Shown here: in pieces, positions 22,135 through 32,558 of the stretch
Numbering within the stretch: the stretch's first letter is position 1
How the letters are laid out: the number at the start of each line of letters is the position of its first letter
DNA from: a virus
IMG/VR virus record: IMGVR_UViG_3300021338_000004
Span: 13,176 to 77,175 of that record
Direction: 5' to 3' (one strand)
DNA length: 64,000 nt
Made by a program: the position numbers and the translations under genes
Notes under the pieces: generated by a model
Database searches by the model: none
Told to the model about the DNA's origin: nothing
The model's input: the letters and a program-made list of their open reading frames with translations, nothing else

Positions 22135-22770
22135 TTAACCAAACATCCGGGGCACATCTGAGCGATTCAGCATAGCCTCGGACTGAATGGTGATGTTTAA
22201 CAAAGATGATGACAGGTAGCCGTCCTGGTAACGCGGCGCATCCAGTGGATCAGAGATATTCTCAATGACGCACGGACCATAAACGGCATTACGGCCAATA
22301 TTGACGTACACGGAACTGGGGATGCGCCCCATTGCTCCGTTTGAGCCCACCGGGCTGATTGCCCGGACTTCAGGGGATATAAACTGATACAGCGCTTGAA
22401 TGGCGTCATCCACTTCGCGTTTGCCATCCACCAGCGCATAAAGCAGCAGTGAGATGTTGAACGCCAGAGGCTGGTTGCCCTCCCATACCTGGCGCGATGC
22501 CAGCGTGGTGATCGATGTCATACCACGGGTGCCTTCAACCAGCTCACCGGATTGTAAAATACCCCCGGTCTTCTGGAATTGAGACCCTACAGAGTCGGAC
22601 TCAAACGGACTATTCCAGTTGGCCTGGAGCTCGCGGCTTGTGCCTTCCCCAATGATGCCGACAACGCAGGTGTTACCCTGCTTAATCCAGCACTTCTGGT
22701 AGGGGCTGACTTTAGGGTCATTAACCCCCAGCACCTGCATGCCGCGTTGCTGCCAAACCAGCGCTGCCAT
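22135..22770 (-). CDS. pmgG: PmgG-like tail tube initiator/baseplate protein
   Basis: VSPYQKCWI, ANWNSPFE and VWEGNQP motifs; synteny. Confidence 0.7.
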   Translation of the reverse strand: MAALVWQQRGMQVLGVNDPKVSPYQKCWIKQGNTCVVGIIGEGTSRELQANWNSPFESDSVGSQFQKTGGILQSGELVEGTRGMTSITTLASRQVWEGNQPLAFNISLLLYALVDGKREVDDAIQALYQFISPEVRAISPVGSNGAMGRIPSSVYVNIGRNAVYGPCVIENISDPLDAPRYQDGYLSSSLLNITIQSEAMLNRSDVPRMFG

Positions 22771-22773
22771 TGC

Positions 22774-23454
22774 TTACATGCCCCGCTTCTTGCGCACACC
22801 CATGGATTTGGCGCGTTTGCGACGGGCGGATGCTGAATGAGCTTTTTTGCGGGCCTTTTTAAGTGCTGCTTTTTGTGCCGCTGAAAGCTTTGGCTTGCGC
22901 AGCGTTTTACGCACCAGTGTTACCACACCGTTGCGCACGACACGGATTTTGGCGCCATCCAGAATGGCGGATGCTTTCAGCGCAAAACGGGAAATAATCT
23001 CGTCATCGGCGCGCTCGCTGTCTTCGATACGTTTGCTCAGATAATTTGCCAGCTTTTCGCCTGCTTCTGAGTCTTCGTCATCGATAAACTGCTTCACATT
23101 CGCCTTATTGCCGCCCAGTTCCACCAATGCATCGGCAGTTGTGGCCAGAATGGCGTTATAGGCCTCTTCTTCTTCATCAGTGATCTCGCCATCACCATCC
23201 GCGTCAGCAAGGCCTGCCACCAGACCGTTCAGCATGTTCCAGGAATAATCGTCGCCACCGATAAACTCCAGCGCCGCGGCCATACCCAGTGCGCGCTCCT
23301 GTTTGCTGCCATAGTCGTCTTCGGCGCTATCAAACAACGCTTCATCCATGGTGATTTCATCAGCAGAGACGCTTTTGTTTCCGGCGTCAGGGAATGGATT
23401 GCTTGCGGCGCTATCCAGCACCAAAGAACCACCAGTACCAAAAATATCTGTCAC
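22774..23454 (-). CDS. P1 gp21-like prohead core protein (acidic N-terminus, very basic C-terminus)
   Basis: VVRNGVVTLVRK...SAAQKAALKKARKKAH...SMGVRKKRGM; adjacent to the sheath gene. Confidence 0.75.
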   Translation of the reverse strand: MTDIFGTGGSLVLDSAASNPFPDAGNKSVSADEITMDEALFDSAEDDYGSKQERALGMAAALEFIGGDDYSWNMLNGLVAGLADADGDGEITDEEEEAYNAILATTADALVELGGNKANVKQFIDDEDSEAGEKLANYLSKRIEDSERADDEIISRFALKASAILDGAKIRVVRNGVVTLVRKTLRKPKLSAAQKAALKKARKKAHSASARRKRAKSMGVRKKRGM

Positions 23455-23465
23455 GGTTTCTTACC

Positions 23466-25016
23466 TCACTTCATAAGGATTGGTTGCAGGGCGAAGCGAC
23501 GGCCAACACCGGTTGGTGCAAAGGCCACCTGCACTTCCCACAGGTCCAGTTCGCGTTGTTTCAAAATAATGCGGTACGGCGATGTCCCGTCGCGCTCAGG
23601 ATCCCGCGGTTCAACCAGGGCTTCTGCTTCAACGCGCTTTTCACAGACCTCTTTGCCGAGGCGCTGCAGCAACTCAATGGTCAGGCCGTCGGGCTCAAAT
23701 TTGGCGATCGACGCAACCTGGATAAAGTCACGCAGGATATCCAGCATGATTGCGACAACGTGCTCAAATCGCAGATAGTTCTCCTGTCCCCAGCACGTCA
23801 GCACGTCACCGATAACTTTGCCCTTGTCAGCGGGATTCATGCGGATTTCATAGCGCTGGTTGCCCGACAATTGACCGGTCGTATGCAGTGGCTCAATACC
23901 GCGGCGATTGATGCGGCCGCGCTTCTCGCCAGCACGCGCGTAATGCGCGCCTTTGACATCGGCACGCCCGGTTGGTGTTGCGTTACAGATAGCCTTGGAT
24001 GCCACCAGCGCACCCGAGCCGCCCCATACGGACTTGCCGCCATACCATTCATCAGTGGCTTTGTATGGGTAATGGATGTAATCACCCATGTAGTCACTCA
24101 GGTTCAGACTTTCAATCCAGGGCTTCGCATTCTCTTCCGTCATCCACGGCGGTGCATCGAAGCGGTATTGCGCCAGCCGTACGGCTGCGATAGACGACAT
24201 ATGGGCGATTACAACCGGGTCATAACACCCTGCCGCCATCATCTCGTCAAAGTCATAGTCGTCTGACTTCAGCAGATCCCATGCGTCTTTGTAGTCCTGG
24301 GTGGTTGGAATGCCGCCATTCGTGCCGCCAACGAACGCTTCGGATACCGCCTTCACATCCGCGACAAAGTCGATTTCATCTGCAATGTTTGCGCGAAATG
24401 CAGAGTTGCGGTCCTCCAGCACTGATGGAAGGTAGGCCGTTAATCCGCTGTCGTCCCGATCATCGGGGTCTATGCCTACGCGGTAACTTTCGTTATCCAT
24501 CGCACGCCATTCGCCGGCAATCAGTTCTTCAAAATGCAGGGTGAAACGCTGTGTTGCGGCATCAATGTCGCCGATAACAACGCGGCGCTTGCCGGAAGGA
24601 TCGCCGTCTACGGGATACAGCTGCAGCCAATACCCTGGTGCAACATCAGTATCAGCACCAAACGCATGCGCCGATGTTGAAGCTGCACCCCCGGCATCTG
24701 CCAGGCTGATACTTGGGTATTTCGCATCACTGGCCTTGACGACAACAACCCAGGCTCCGTAGCACTGATCCAGCGCATCTTTAAGATGCCGAAGGCCTTC
24801 TGCGCGGGTGCCCATGCGCATGGGCATTGGCTTACCGAGCTTATCTTCCCAGTTCTCGCTGGTGACATAGAGCGGCGTACCCACCCTGCCTTTTGTTGCT
24901 TCCAGAACAGTGGCCGCCACCGTATCCGTTGTGCCGCCGATCTTGTAGTTGTTGTCGATCGGCTGCAGAACGGTAGTCCCTGGCGCATTGGTCAGGGTTC
25001 TATTGATCATTACCAT
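23466..25016 (-). CDS. Tail sheath protein (P1 gp22-like)
   Basis: 516 aa; KGRVG, FVGGTNGG, AGEKRG, NYLRFEH and PTGVGRRF motifs. Confidence 0.9.
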   Translation of the reverse strand: MVMINRTLTNAPGTTVLQPIDNNYKIGGTTDTVAATVLEATKGRVGTPLYVTSENWEDKLGKPMPMRMGTRAEGLRHLKDALDQCYGAWVVVVKASDAKYPSISLADAGGAASTSAHAFGADTDVAPGYWLQLYPVDGDPSGKRRVVIGDIDAATQRFTLHFEELIAGEWRAMDNESYRVGIDPDDRDDSGLTAYLPSVLEDRNSAFRANIADEIDFVADVKAVSEAFVGGTNGGIPTTQDYKDAWDLLKSDDYDFDEMMAAGCYDPVVIAHMSSIAAVRLAQYRFDAPPWMTEENAKPWIESLNLSDYMGDYIHYPYKATDEWYGGKSVWGGSGALVASKAICNATPTGRADVKGAHYARAGEKRGRINRRGIEPLHTTGQLSGNQRYEIRMNPADKGKVIGDVLTCWGQENYLRFEHVVAIMLDILRDFIQVASIAKFEPDGLTIELLQRLGKEVCEKRVEAEALVEPRDPERDGTSPYRIILKQRELDLWEVQVAFAPTGVGRRFALQPILMK

Positions 25017-25060
25017 GTTTTACCTCTTCGCCTTCTGGCGCGATGGGCAATCGATACAGA

Positions 25061-25420
25061 TTATTTCTTTGGAGCTGCGCTGCGCTTCGCAGAGGGCTTT
25101 TTGGTGCTGCCCGCGTCTGCATCTTTATCTGCGCCCTTGGCCGCATTCAGGGATGCCTGATGCTCTTCATCGGTGATCACAATCAACCATGGGCGCTTTG
25201 CCAAAAACGGTGCTCGGCGAAACGCTTCCTCTTCGTCAGCAGGGATATTGAATGGACCGGCCACATCGTGTCCGTCTACAGTGATTTCGCCGTATTTGCT
25301 GATCAGATCCAGCGGATTGGAGCTGTTGTTTTTCAGCCACAGCACAGTAGTGGATGATGTGTTATTCGATGCCTGAGTGTCTGAGGCGTTCGTGTCTTGC
25401 GGGTTATTCTCGTTTTCCAT
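25061..25420 (-). CDS. Hypothetical virion-associated protein
   Basis: 119 aa between capsid and sheath genes, with RBS. Confidence 0.6.
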   Translation of the reverse strand: MENENNPQDTNASDTQASNNTSSTTVLWLKNNSSNPLDLISKYGEITVDGHDVAGPFNIPADEEEAFRRAPFLAKRPWLIVITDEEHQASLNAAKGADKDADAGSTKKPSAKRSAAPKK

Positions 25421-25450
25421 GACGGCTTACCTTGTAGAGATAAAGGGGGA

Positions 25451-25476
25451 TGCATGGCGATCACTGTCGCCATGCA
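25451..25476. other. Stem-loop just downstream of the major capsid gene (stabiliser or partial terminator)
   Basis: TGCATGGCGA-TCACTG-TCGCCATGCA. Confidence 0.6.
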
Positions 25477-25494
25477 AAGAGAGCGGCTTGCCCG

Positions 25495-27069
25495 TTAGTC
25501 AACAATGCGCAACCAGGTAAACCAGGAACGCCCGTTTTTCGGGTGAAGATCACGGTACGCCAGGTCATACAGGGTGTTTTTGTGCTTCAGATCGGCCTGG
25601 ATGCTGTGCGGGAAGTTGATCATGGTGATAGCATCACCGGCCACGAAGCCGGCATCACCGTGGCTTGCGCCTTTTGCGTAACAGAAAACGCCCCATGGAT
25701 CATCCATGTATGGGTCTTCTTTGAAGACATAGCCGAATGCGGTGCCGACCAGGTGCGGCTGTGCGATGTGACGGTATCCAGGCACTGTTTTCACAAAAGG
25801 ATGTCCCAGCGAGCGCAGCAGGGCAGCGGCTTTACCACCACATACCATGCCGACCATGCCTGATTTACGTGTTGCCAGCATCAGCTTCTGACTGATTTCC
25901 TGGAACTTCACGTTCAGGCTCTGATAATGCTCGCGGTAATTCAGACCGCTCGGAATGCCACGGCTCCACTCTGTCTCGCCCTTGGCAAAGAAGTACATGG
26001 CCATAAGGCGATTGCGATCGCGCTCTGATGCCAGGACATTGCGAGATGCGCTCAGGTTCATCTGGCCCAAATTCATACCAAACTCTCGGCCCATGCTGAA
26101 CTGCGCCTGGATTGTGGAGCTACAGCCCAGAGCAGATTCATGCGGGCGCAGAGTCCAGGACTCCATGCGGTGCTCGATACCCGGGATCAGCGACGGGTCG
26201 CTTTCAATATTGATGTCGAAACCAAAGTGCACGTCCAAGCCGGATGCGACACCGGTCGAAAAGTCCGTTGTGATACCGCCGTCTTCGTAGGCAACCGTGC
26301 CGGTCAGTACGACTGTGTCACCATCACCATTTACATAACGGCCAAAAATACCGCCTTTACCGTCATCCGAGCCGACCAGTTCGCGGTCGACATACACCAT
26401 GACCATATTCGGCTTAAATGGCATTTTCTTGCCCAGATCAGTGGTGCTGGACAGGGTGAACTGCTTTTTGGTGCCATCACCCGTGCCCACCAGGCGGCGC
26501 TGGTCCATGGTGCCGTACTGCTTATTGAAGGTTTCGTCGATGACATCGCCTTTTTTCATGTCACCGAAGTCGGAATTGGCGTGGCGTGTCAGCGCAAACA
26601 GTTCGCTTTTGTCATAGTTACCCGGAATGGTGGTGACCATGTCGTTCGTAACCATCATCAGCGCTGTTGGCACAATCAGCGCGACGCGGTGGTCGCGTAG
26701 CTCAACACCTTCGCTGGTGGACAACGGCGCACCTGCGGAGTCGAGGATTTTACCGAGCTTATTGTCGTCCTGTGGCGCCAGCTGGCTGCGCAGCTGTGAA
26801 TGCATAGAGGACATCAACTCGCTCGATGGCAGCTGGCCGTCATGTGCATCACGGTAGCTTTCCAGCGCGTTGATTGTGCCCAGGAGCAGAGATGGGCCTT
26901 TGTCGCCCGCGCCATCAAAAATGGTCTCTTTGCATTTGCTCTGCACGATGCCAGGCCATTCAGCGCGCGGCGCGCCATCTACAAGACCCAGCGTCTGCGC
27001 GTACATTGCCTGGGCGCTTTCCTGCAGAAATGCTGTGCGGTCCAGGTATTTAGAGATATCGGTTGTCAT
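25495..27069 (-). CDS. Major capsid protein (P1 gp23-like) with N-terminal propeptide
   Basis: 524 aa; FGDMKKGD, DINIESDP, TIQAQFSMGREFG and GFVAGDA motifs; synteny. Confidence 0.88.
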   Translation of the reverse strand: MTTDISKYLDRTAFLQESAQAMYAQTLGLVDGAPRAEWPGIVQSKCKETIFDGAGDKGPSLLLGTINALESYRDAHDGQLPSSELMSSMHSQLRSQLAPQDDNKLGKILDSAGAPLSTSEGVELRDHRVALIVPTALMMVTNDMVTTIPGNYDKSELFALTRHANSDFGDMKKGDVIDETFNKQYGTMDQRRLVGTGDGTKKQFTLSSTTDLGKKMPFKPNMVMVYVDRELVGSDDGKGGIFGRYVNGDGDTVVLTGTVAYEDGGITTDFSTGVASGLDVHFGFDINIESDPSLIPGIEHRMESWTLRPHESALGCSSTIQAQFSMGREFGMNLGQMNLSASRNVLASERDRNRLMAMYFFAKGETEWSRGIPSGLNYREHYQSLNVKFQEISQKLMLATRKSGMVGMVCGGKAAALLRSLGHPFVKTVPGYRHIAQPHLVGTAFGYVFKEDPYMDDPWGVFCYAKGASHGDAGFVAGDAITMINFPHSIQADLKHKNTLYDLAYRDLHPKNGRSWFTWLRIVD

Positions 27070-27125
27070 TGATTATCGCTCCAATCAATCGTACATATAC
27101 CCAGCAACACGCTGGAATTAGAGCG

Positions 27126-27157
27126 AATCTAACAACCCCCGAAAAAGGGAACATCAA
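27126..27157 (-). promoter_or_regulatory. Putative late promoter TTGATG-N20-TAGATT (capsid operon)
   Basis: AT-tract, motif, 20-nt spacer. Confidence 0.65.
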
Positions 27158-27196
27158 CACAAAATTATTTAGTGCATCACGCACCAACGTGCGCGA

Positions 27197-27862
27197 TCAG
27201 GGGCGCTCGGAAATGCGTCTGCGAGCACGCTCCAGGATGTCGCCCTTAACGTGCAACTCCAGATCGCCACCCACTTCAAACAACATGTTCCCCACACTGG
27301 AAAAGTACGCTGCACCTTCAGAGTGCAGCACAATGTGACCGCCTTTCGTGATTTCGACAGCCGTGCCTGAAGCATCCTGTGTTACGCGATACACCCCATT
27401 AGGCTCTACTTCGACCGTAACGCCATACACGGAAAATACGCGCGACGCATGGTATCCGGTCCCATCAGGACTAGGCTGGCGACCCGTGCGCTTATGCTGA
27501 AGCCTTTTAGGTCCGCGCCAGGCCTCGTCGGGAAAGTTTGGTATGCCTTCAGGGCAATAATGAACAGATCCTGTAATACGCGGGCGTCGCGTATCAGGCT
27601 GGCCGTGACTGGTGTACGGAAAATCCACCCATACAATGTCGTCCACTTGGGCGGGCATAAAATCCCCGTCCCCAGGGCGGTGCCCAACCGGCAGTTTATA
27701 CGTGGCCCAGGACAATTCCTCTTCGGGTACATTGTCCTGAAGCCCCAGCAGCCGAACCAAGACACGCATGTTGTTGTCAGGATCCCGGTCACTAACCACA
27801 ATCGCCTCATACTCCGGGCGATTCAGTACCGGTGCCGGATTTTCAGTGGTCATATCACTCAT
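27197..27862 (-). CDS. Baseplate spike protein (P1 gp5 / gpV OB-fold)
   Basis: AIVVSDRDPDNNMRVLVRL, WATYKLP and VWVDFPY motifs. Confidence 0.8.
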   Translation of the reverse strand: MSDMTTENPAPVLNRPEYEAIVVSDRDPDNNMRVLVRLLGLQDNVPEEELSWATYKLPVGHRPGDGDFMPAQVDDIVWVDFPYTSHGQPDTRRPRITGSVHYCPEGIPNFPDEAWRGPKRLQHKRTGRQPSPDGTGYHASRVFSVYGVTVEVEPNGVYRVTQDASGTAVEITKGGHIVLHSEGAAYFSSVGNMLFEVGGDLELHVKGDILERARRRISERP

Positions 27863-28841
27863 GAGGCAATACTCCAGTTATGCGGCATGTGTATTTCTGG
27901 ATGCTTTCATAGTGCGCAATCGCACCAATCACGACCTTGATCGGCAGGCTTTCATCCAACGGGTTTTCCAGATCATTACGATTCCACACCAGGTCGATAG
28001 CGTCACCGCCCACCAGCCCACCATTCCCCTGCATTTGCATGTCCAGGACGGGATTGGCTGCCAGTGATAAGTTGTCGAGTGACGTTTGCGTCTGTACGCC
28101 GCTATATGCCAACGGGGCTGAGTCAACGTGCACGCGCGACCGGATCAGGCCTTTTTCGATATGCCAACCGATGTAATTGCGATCAACCATATCTTCCAAG
28201 AGGTATTCAGCATTTTCCTGTCGGTAGCTGGCGATCTGATTCTCTTTGCTGGTGTCGTTATGGTGGTACTTGTACGGTGCAATGGTATTCAGCATATCGG
28301 ACAGCCTGCGTGCCACCACCACACCGCGTCGGTAGTAGATCTGGCAGCCGGTTTCTTGCGCGATCTGCCTGACAACGCGCGAGGGCCGCACACTGGACGG
28401 TATGTGATAGCTCTCCAATAACGCAAAGCTATCAATGTCCAATGTACACCCGGGGAACAGCTCCCCCAGGACGTACTGCATTGATCGGCGGACAAAGTGG
28501 CGCGTCTGTATTGCGCGCTTCTTCAGTCGATATACCGGCGTAGCAATGCAGTTGAAGGTGATCTGGTCGTGCTCATCAATGGGCATCGTCAGAATGGTAA
28601 AGGTCTCTGTGAAGTTCATCTTGTCTCGGCGATACGGGTCCGCCAACACGACCTCAAGCTCATCATCCGGGCTTAAATTCATGTCATCACGCAGCAGGCG
28701 CTCTGTGTCTGACATCTTCAAAATGAACTTTGGACCTGAAATATCGAACATCTCGATATAGGTCGCTTCTTTCATCCACGACCGGTCGAGCGGCACGCCT
28801 TTGTGCCGTATTTCCTGCACCAATAGATGCTCTTGCGTCAT
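27855..28841 (-). CDS. Baseplate hub protein (P1 gp6-like)
   Basis: YIEMFDISGP and DESLP motifs; synteny with gp5. Confidence 0.7.
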   Translation of the reverse strand: MTQEHLLVQEIRHKGVPLDRSWMKEATYIEMFDISGPKFILKMSDTERLLRDDMNLSPDDELEVVLADPYRRDKMNFTETFTILTMPIDEHDQITFNCIATPVYRLKKRAIQTRHFVRRSMQYVLGELFPGCTLDIDSFALLESYHIPSSVRPSRVVRQIAQETGCQIYYRRGVVVARRLSDMLNTIAPYKYHHNDTSKENQIASYRQENAEYLLEDMVDRNYIGWHIEKGLIRSRVHVDSAPLAYSGVQTQTSLDNLSLAANPVLDMQMQGNGGLVGGDAIDLVWNRNDLENPLDESLPIKVVIGAIAHYESIQKYTCRITGVLPHE

Positions 28842-29539
28842 GCTATCGTCCCTATTGTTAATTCGATGCGGGGAATAGGAGGTACATCTACTTCATGGCC
28901 GCTAAGCACTGGCGCCAGGACTTCATGCACAAGCTCCACCGCAAATAGTCGCCCTTCATCCAGCTCAACACTGATATCGTCCGCCTGAAACTGCTTGGGC
29001 GTATCGAATACCACGGGGAGATGGAACTCCTGGCCCTGTATGCGGTACGCGATCACGGTAGATGTGTGCTTGGATAAGTAGAAATGCCAGGCCAGCAGCA
29101 GGCGCTCAAGGTCTGCTGAGCTGGATGCACCGATCATGATGCGGTAACGAAGCTTTACCTCTGACAGGGTCAGATCGTATTTGGAGAGATTGTCGGGCGA
29201 CAACCAGGAGAATTCCGGTTGATGATGCAGCGCGGTGTCTTGCCCGTCCGCGGTCCCCATGCCAATTTCCCGGTAGTAGTACACCATCGGCCACGCGAAG
29301 CTATTAAGCTCTTTGTCCGCTATACGGCGCATACCGGATTTGCGTGTCACTTTGCGCGCCAGCTCGCTGGGAGACTTTGACAGCCCTCTGGCGATTTGAT
29401 CCATTGGCGCGCGCTTCAAGAACAGCTGAAAATCACGGCTACCCTTATCCTTATCGATGCTCTCAATGGCAGCTGCAAGGTGTCGACCGATTGCATGATC
29501 AACCGCGTCCAACTCAGAAATATCAACAGTGTCCATCAA
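28838..29539 (-). CDS. P1 gp24-like tail completion/terminator protein
   Basis: Synteny (6-24-7-25-26) and size. Confidence 0.55.
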   Translation of the reverse strand: MMDTVDISELDAVDHAIGRHLAAAIESIDKDKGSRDFQLFLKRAPMDQIARGLSKSPSELARKVTRKSGMRRIADKELNSFAWPMVYYYREIGMGTADGQDTALHHQPEFSWLSPDNLSKYDLTLSEVKLRYRIMIGASSSADLERLLLAWHFYLSKHTSTVIAYRIQGQEFHLPVVFDTPKQFQADDISVELDEGRLFAVELVHEVLAPVLSGHEVDVPPIPRIELTIGTIA

Positions 29540-30096
29540 TACAGTATTCCTGCAGGTCTATCGGCTTTCGCCTCCTGGTGTGGCTCAACATCTACCACCG
29601 GCAGATCCGGCGCATTGGTTAGCAATGCTGGATCCATCGTGAACGGCACCAGCAAGTGCCGTTTGCCACCTGCAGCGCCTTTGCCGATACCTTCTGAACG
29701 CAGCAGGTACAGCAACGTAATGCGGATATCGTCATCTGGCATCACCTCTTCCAGCCAGATAACGCTCTGCTGGGGAATGTCTGACTCCTGGATAAGAAAG
29801 ACCACCGGCTCGTCAGGCAAGCTGTCGCTGTCTGTCCCGTCCATGAGTATTTGTACACCCGTGCCATCAGAAGGCAGCTCGATTGCCTTTGAGGCTATGG
29901 GTTCGGCGTATATCAACGGGCGTTCCTGTGCTTCAAAACTGCCTACAACATCATCCTGCCCGGTCTCTATTGGTGCAGCCTCTGAGGCTTTGAAGATCAG
30001 CACGTCAAACGCTTCAGGATGAGCACTGATCATTTTATTCAGATCAGCAGCAACAGCATCGCTGACTGCCCGTCGATTAATGGGGGCCAGTGTCAT
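29536..30096 (-). CDS. P1 gp7-like neck/tail protein
   Basis: HPEAFDVLIFK and IPQQSVIWLEE motifs; synteny. Confidence 0.55.
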   Translation of the reverse strand: MTLAPINRRAVSDAVAADLNKMISAHPEAFDVLIFKASEAAPIETGQDDVVGSFEAQERPLIYAEPIASKAIELPSDGTGVQILMDGTDSDSLPDEPVVFLIQESDIPQQSVIWLEEVMPDDDIRITLLYLLRSEGIGKGAAGGKRHLLVPFTMDPALLTNAPDLPVVDVEPHQEAKADRPAGILY

Positions 30097-31274
30097 AAAT
30101 CCTCCGCCAAGGCTTTCACCTGACTAATGGGCATGCCATTCATGCCAGAAAATACTTTGTAGGCTTGCTCTGGGCTGGATCCGTATAGTTTTGCGCGGTC
30201 CAGTTCGGCTCTCAGTGCAACTTTAAGGGCGTCTTTTGATTTTGAAGGCTTGGATGCAGCTTTCTTGACGGCATCAATCGCCTTTTGACGACCGGCTTTC
30301 TCTTTCGCTAAGCGTTGCTTCAGGTTGCGGACCTGTGCCTGAAGCGAGGCAACCATTTTTTTGTCTTTGAGTGATTCCGAGAATCCTTTCTGCGCATTCT
30401 GGATCCGCTTCAACGCCCGTTCAGCGGCGTCTCGGTCAACGTCTTTAGGGCGCGCGCGGCTCAGTGCCTTGTGTTCATCCTGTTTCAGAAATGCACCGCT
30501 GGCTGTGCCGCCATAGCTGATCTGAGCGGCTTGTTTCTCCATGGCCTGGCCTAGAGTCGCTTGCACTGTTGGCGACTTGAGCGCTGAAAGCGTCTTAATA
30601 ACGTGCTTACAGCAGCAGCCGGTTAGGTTGGGGTTGCGAATCTTAGGGAAGTCTTTTTCATACGGAGTCAACGCAAAGTTACCCACGGTTGCGATGTAGC
30701 GATACCAGAACTGGTGGCGACCACAGGGGCAATCAAACGAAACTTTCCCACGGGAAATTAAGTCTCTTGCAGCGCTGTAGTAGTTTGATGCGCTGGTCAA
30801 GGCGCTCATCCAGCCTTCCAGGCGGACGCGAACCTGGTAATGGCTCTGCTCACTTCCAGGACTTGCCGCCACCAGGAATGTGAGCGTGCCCGCCCCTACC
30901 TTATAAAGGCGGGCATAACTGATTTCCTTAGCCCGTGCTATATCGGCCTTGTCAGACGACGCCACCAGCTGATCGATCAACGCACCACGACTTGACCCGT
31001 ATTTCTTTGCTGTGTGGCGGCGGGATTGATCAAAGCCGCGCATATCGTCCGCTGTAAACGGCGTTCCATCGGCTTTTCGACCGATTAGAACTTCCATCTG
31101 CGGCGGTACATCACCGGTTCTGATAGCCTCCCTGATCTGTGCAGGGCTTAACGTGCGCTGGGCGTATTGCCGTTCCTGAATGTTGTCTCGACGCTGCGCA
31201 TTCAGCCACGCATCCGCTTTACGCCAATCTGCAGACTTCCACTCTCGGAACACTCGCTTATTTGATGCCATCAC
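30093..31274 (-). CDS. P1 gp25-like protein with SWIM-type zinc finger
   Basis: SFDCPCGRHQFWYRY...PKIRNPNLTGCCCKH. Confidence 0.7.
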   Translation of the reverse strand: MMASNKRVFREWKSADWRKADAWLNAQRRDNIQERQYAQRTLSPAQIREAIRTGDVPPQMEVLIGRKADGTPFTADDMRGFDQSRRHTAKKYGSSRGALIDQLVASSDKADIARAKEISYARLYKVGAGTLTFLVAASPGSEQSHYQVRVRLEGWMSALTSASNYYSAARDLISRGKVSFDCPCGRHQFWYRYIATVGNFALTPYEKDFPKIRNPNLTGCCCKHVIKTLSALKSPTVQATLGQAMEKQAAQISYGGTASGAFLKQDEHKALSRARPKDVDRDAAERALKRIQNAQKGFSESLKDKKMVASLQAQVRNLKQRLAKEKAGRQKAIDAVKKAASKPSKSKDALKVALRAELDRAKLYGSSPEQAYKVFSGMNGMPISQVKALAEDL

Positions 31275-31578
31275 TCACTTCCATGTAGTGCCGGATCCGC
31301 GAACGTATCCAAGAGGCGGGCGGTAGTGGCACCTTGGAGCCGATGCGCATTTGTCCTCTGAGGTCATCAAGGCCGGCACTTATTGCGACAACGCGCTTGG
31401 GGGATGCAGTCCCGTAGTAACGATAGGCAACAAGATCAGGCCTGTGTGCTTCATCAGCTGAGATTTCCCATGAATCCCACTGATCGCGCTCAGGCGATGT
31501 GCGCAGCTCCATGTAAAAGTCCCGGCGAACCAGTGCATCTTTTATGTTTGCGGGATCCAGACGCGGTATAGGCTCCAT
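31258..31578 (-). CDS. P1 gp26-like baseplate protein (LysM/T4 gp53-like)
   Basis: RPDLVAYRYYG and LPPASWIRSRIR motifs. Confidence 0.75.
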   Translation of the reverse strand: MEPIPRLDPANIKDALVRRDFYMELRTSPERDQWDSWEISADEAHRPDLVAYRYYGTASPKRVVAISAGLDDLRGQMRIGSKVPLPPASWIRSRIRHYMEVSDGIK

Positions 31579-32228
31579 TAACCCTCTCCATTCAGGCGTT
31601 TGGCGAGCTGCTGATCTACACCAATGGTGATTGCATACAGCGATGGCGGGATTGCAGGCTCTGAACGTATTCCAATGGCGTCCATGAATTCACCTATGTA
31701 TCGATCACTCATCTGGTGCATCACAGGTCCGGCCAGAATACTAAGCAATATGCAGCGCTGTTCGGAGCTGAACGCACTGTGATCCATCCGGTAACGATTG
31801 CGCCCTTTCTCATCTTGCTCAACGTCCAGGGTTTCATCACTGAACCAGGAGGATTGCAACGACCCCGCCAGGATAATGCGCCCTCGCTGACTGCCTTTTT
31901 TCTCGCCCATATTGGTCAGCGAGGTGTAATGATCCAGTGCGACATTCAGAAAGGTACGGCCCTCTTCGGCGTAAACTTCATCAAATCCGAGGCAGAAACC
32001 GTATTCCTGGAATGTCTGGGTGCGGTCTTCGATCAAAATATCGAAGCCATCGGCAGCAGCCTTCTTTAGATCGTCTATCAGGCGTGGCTTCCACGACATA
32101 AACATGCCTGAAATAGGTTCTGCTTTTGCCACTGTGAGCATATCGCCATCGTATACGGCATAGGCCTTCATGCGACGGGATCCACCCAAGCTAACAACCA
32201 GTAGTTTTTTCATCGAATCCCGCCTCAT
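31578..32228 (-). CDS. Hypothetical protein in the late operon
   Basis: 216-aa ORF translationally coupled to the gp26-like gene. Confidence 0.65.
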   Translation of the reverse strand: MRRDSMKKLLVVSLGGSRRMKAYAVYDGDMLTVAKAEPISGMFMSWKPRLIDDLKKAAADGFDILIEDRTQTFQEYGFCLGFDEVYAEEGRTFLNVALDHYTSLTNMGEKKGSQRGRIILAGSLQSSWFSDETLDVEQDEKGRNRYRMDHSAFSSEQRCILLSILAGPVMHQMSDRYIGEFMDAIGIRSEPAIPPSLYAITIGVDQQLAKRLNGEG

Positions 32229-32421
32229 AAATCGTCACCACTGCTTTTTTCCCATGCTCCTTATGGAATGCATCAGCCTGTTTTATCAGCGCTTCCCGAA
32301 CGGTTTTGCGCTGCCTGACGGGCACCTGGCTTTCATCCAGTCTCAGAAGCAGTAGTTGGTCATCGTAGTGCTCTACCCAAAGGGCACGGTAAATGATTTC
32401 TCTGCCATCAATGAGCGGCAT
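32191..32421 (-). CDS. Hypothetical protein
   Basis: 76 aa, GGGAG RBS, directly after a putative late promoter. Confidence 0.55.
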   Translation of the reverse strand: MPLIDGREIIYRALWVEHYDDQLLLLRLDESQVPVRQRKTVREALIKQADAFHKEHGKKAVVTIYEAGFDEKTTGC

Positions 32422-32460
32422 GCTCTGCTCCCTGCGTTAATTTGGTTTCATCCAGGCACA

Positions 32461-32552
32461 AGGGTGCACACGAACCAAAGGGCATGCATCAACACGTTTT
32501 TTTTGTCTGATATTTTTTTTTTGATGTTTGCTGGTGGAGAGATATGTAGATT
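32461..32552. promoter_or_regulatory. Divergent pair of putative late promoters: minus TTGATG-N20-CACCCT (32461-32492) and plus TTGATG-N20-TAGATT (32521-32552)
   Basis: Two oppositely oriented motif copies separated by T-tracts. Confidence 0.55.
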
Positions 32553-32558
32553 CGCAAT

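Noticed and set aside
23394-24266. 290-aa plus-strand ORF
   Set aside because: Antisense to the tail sheath gene
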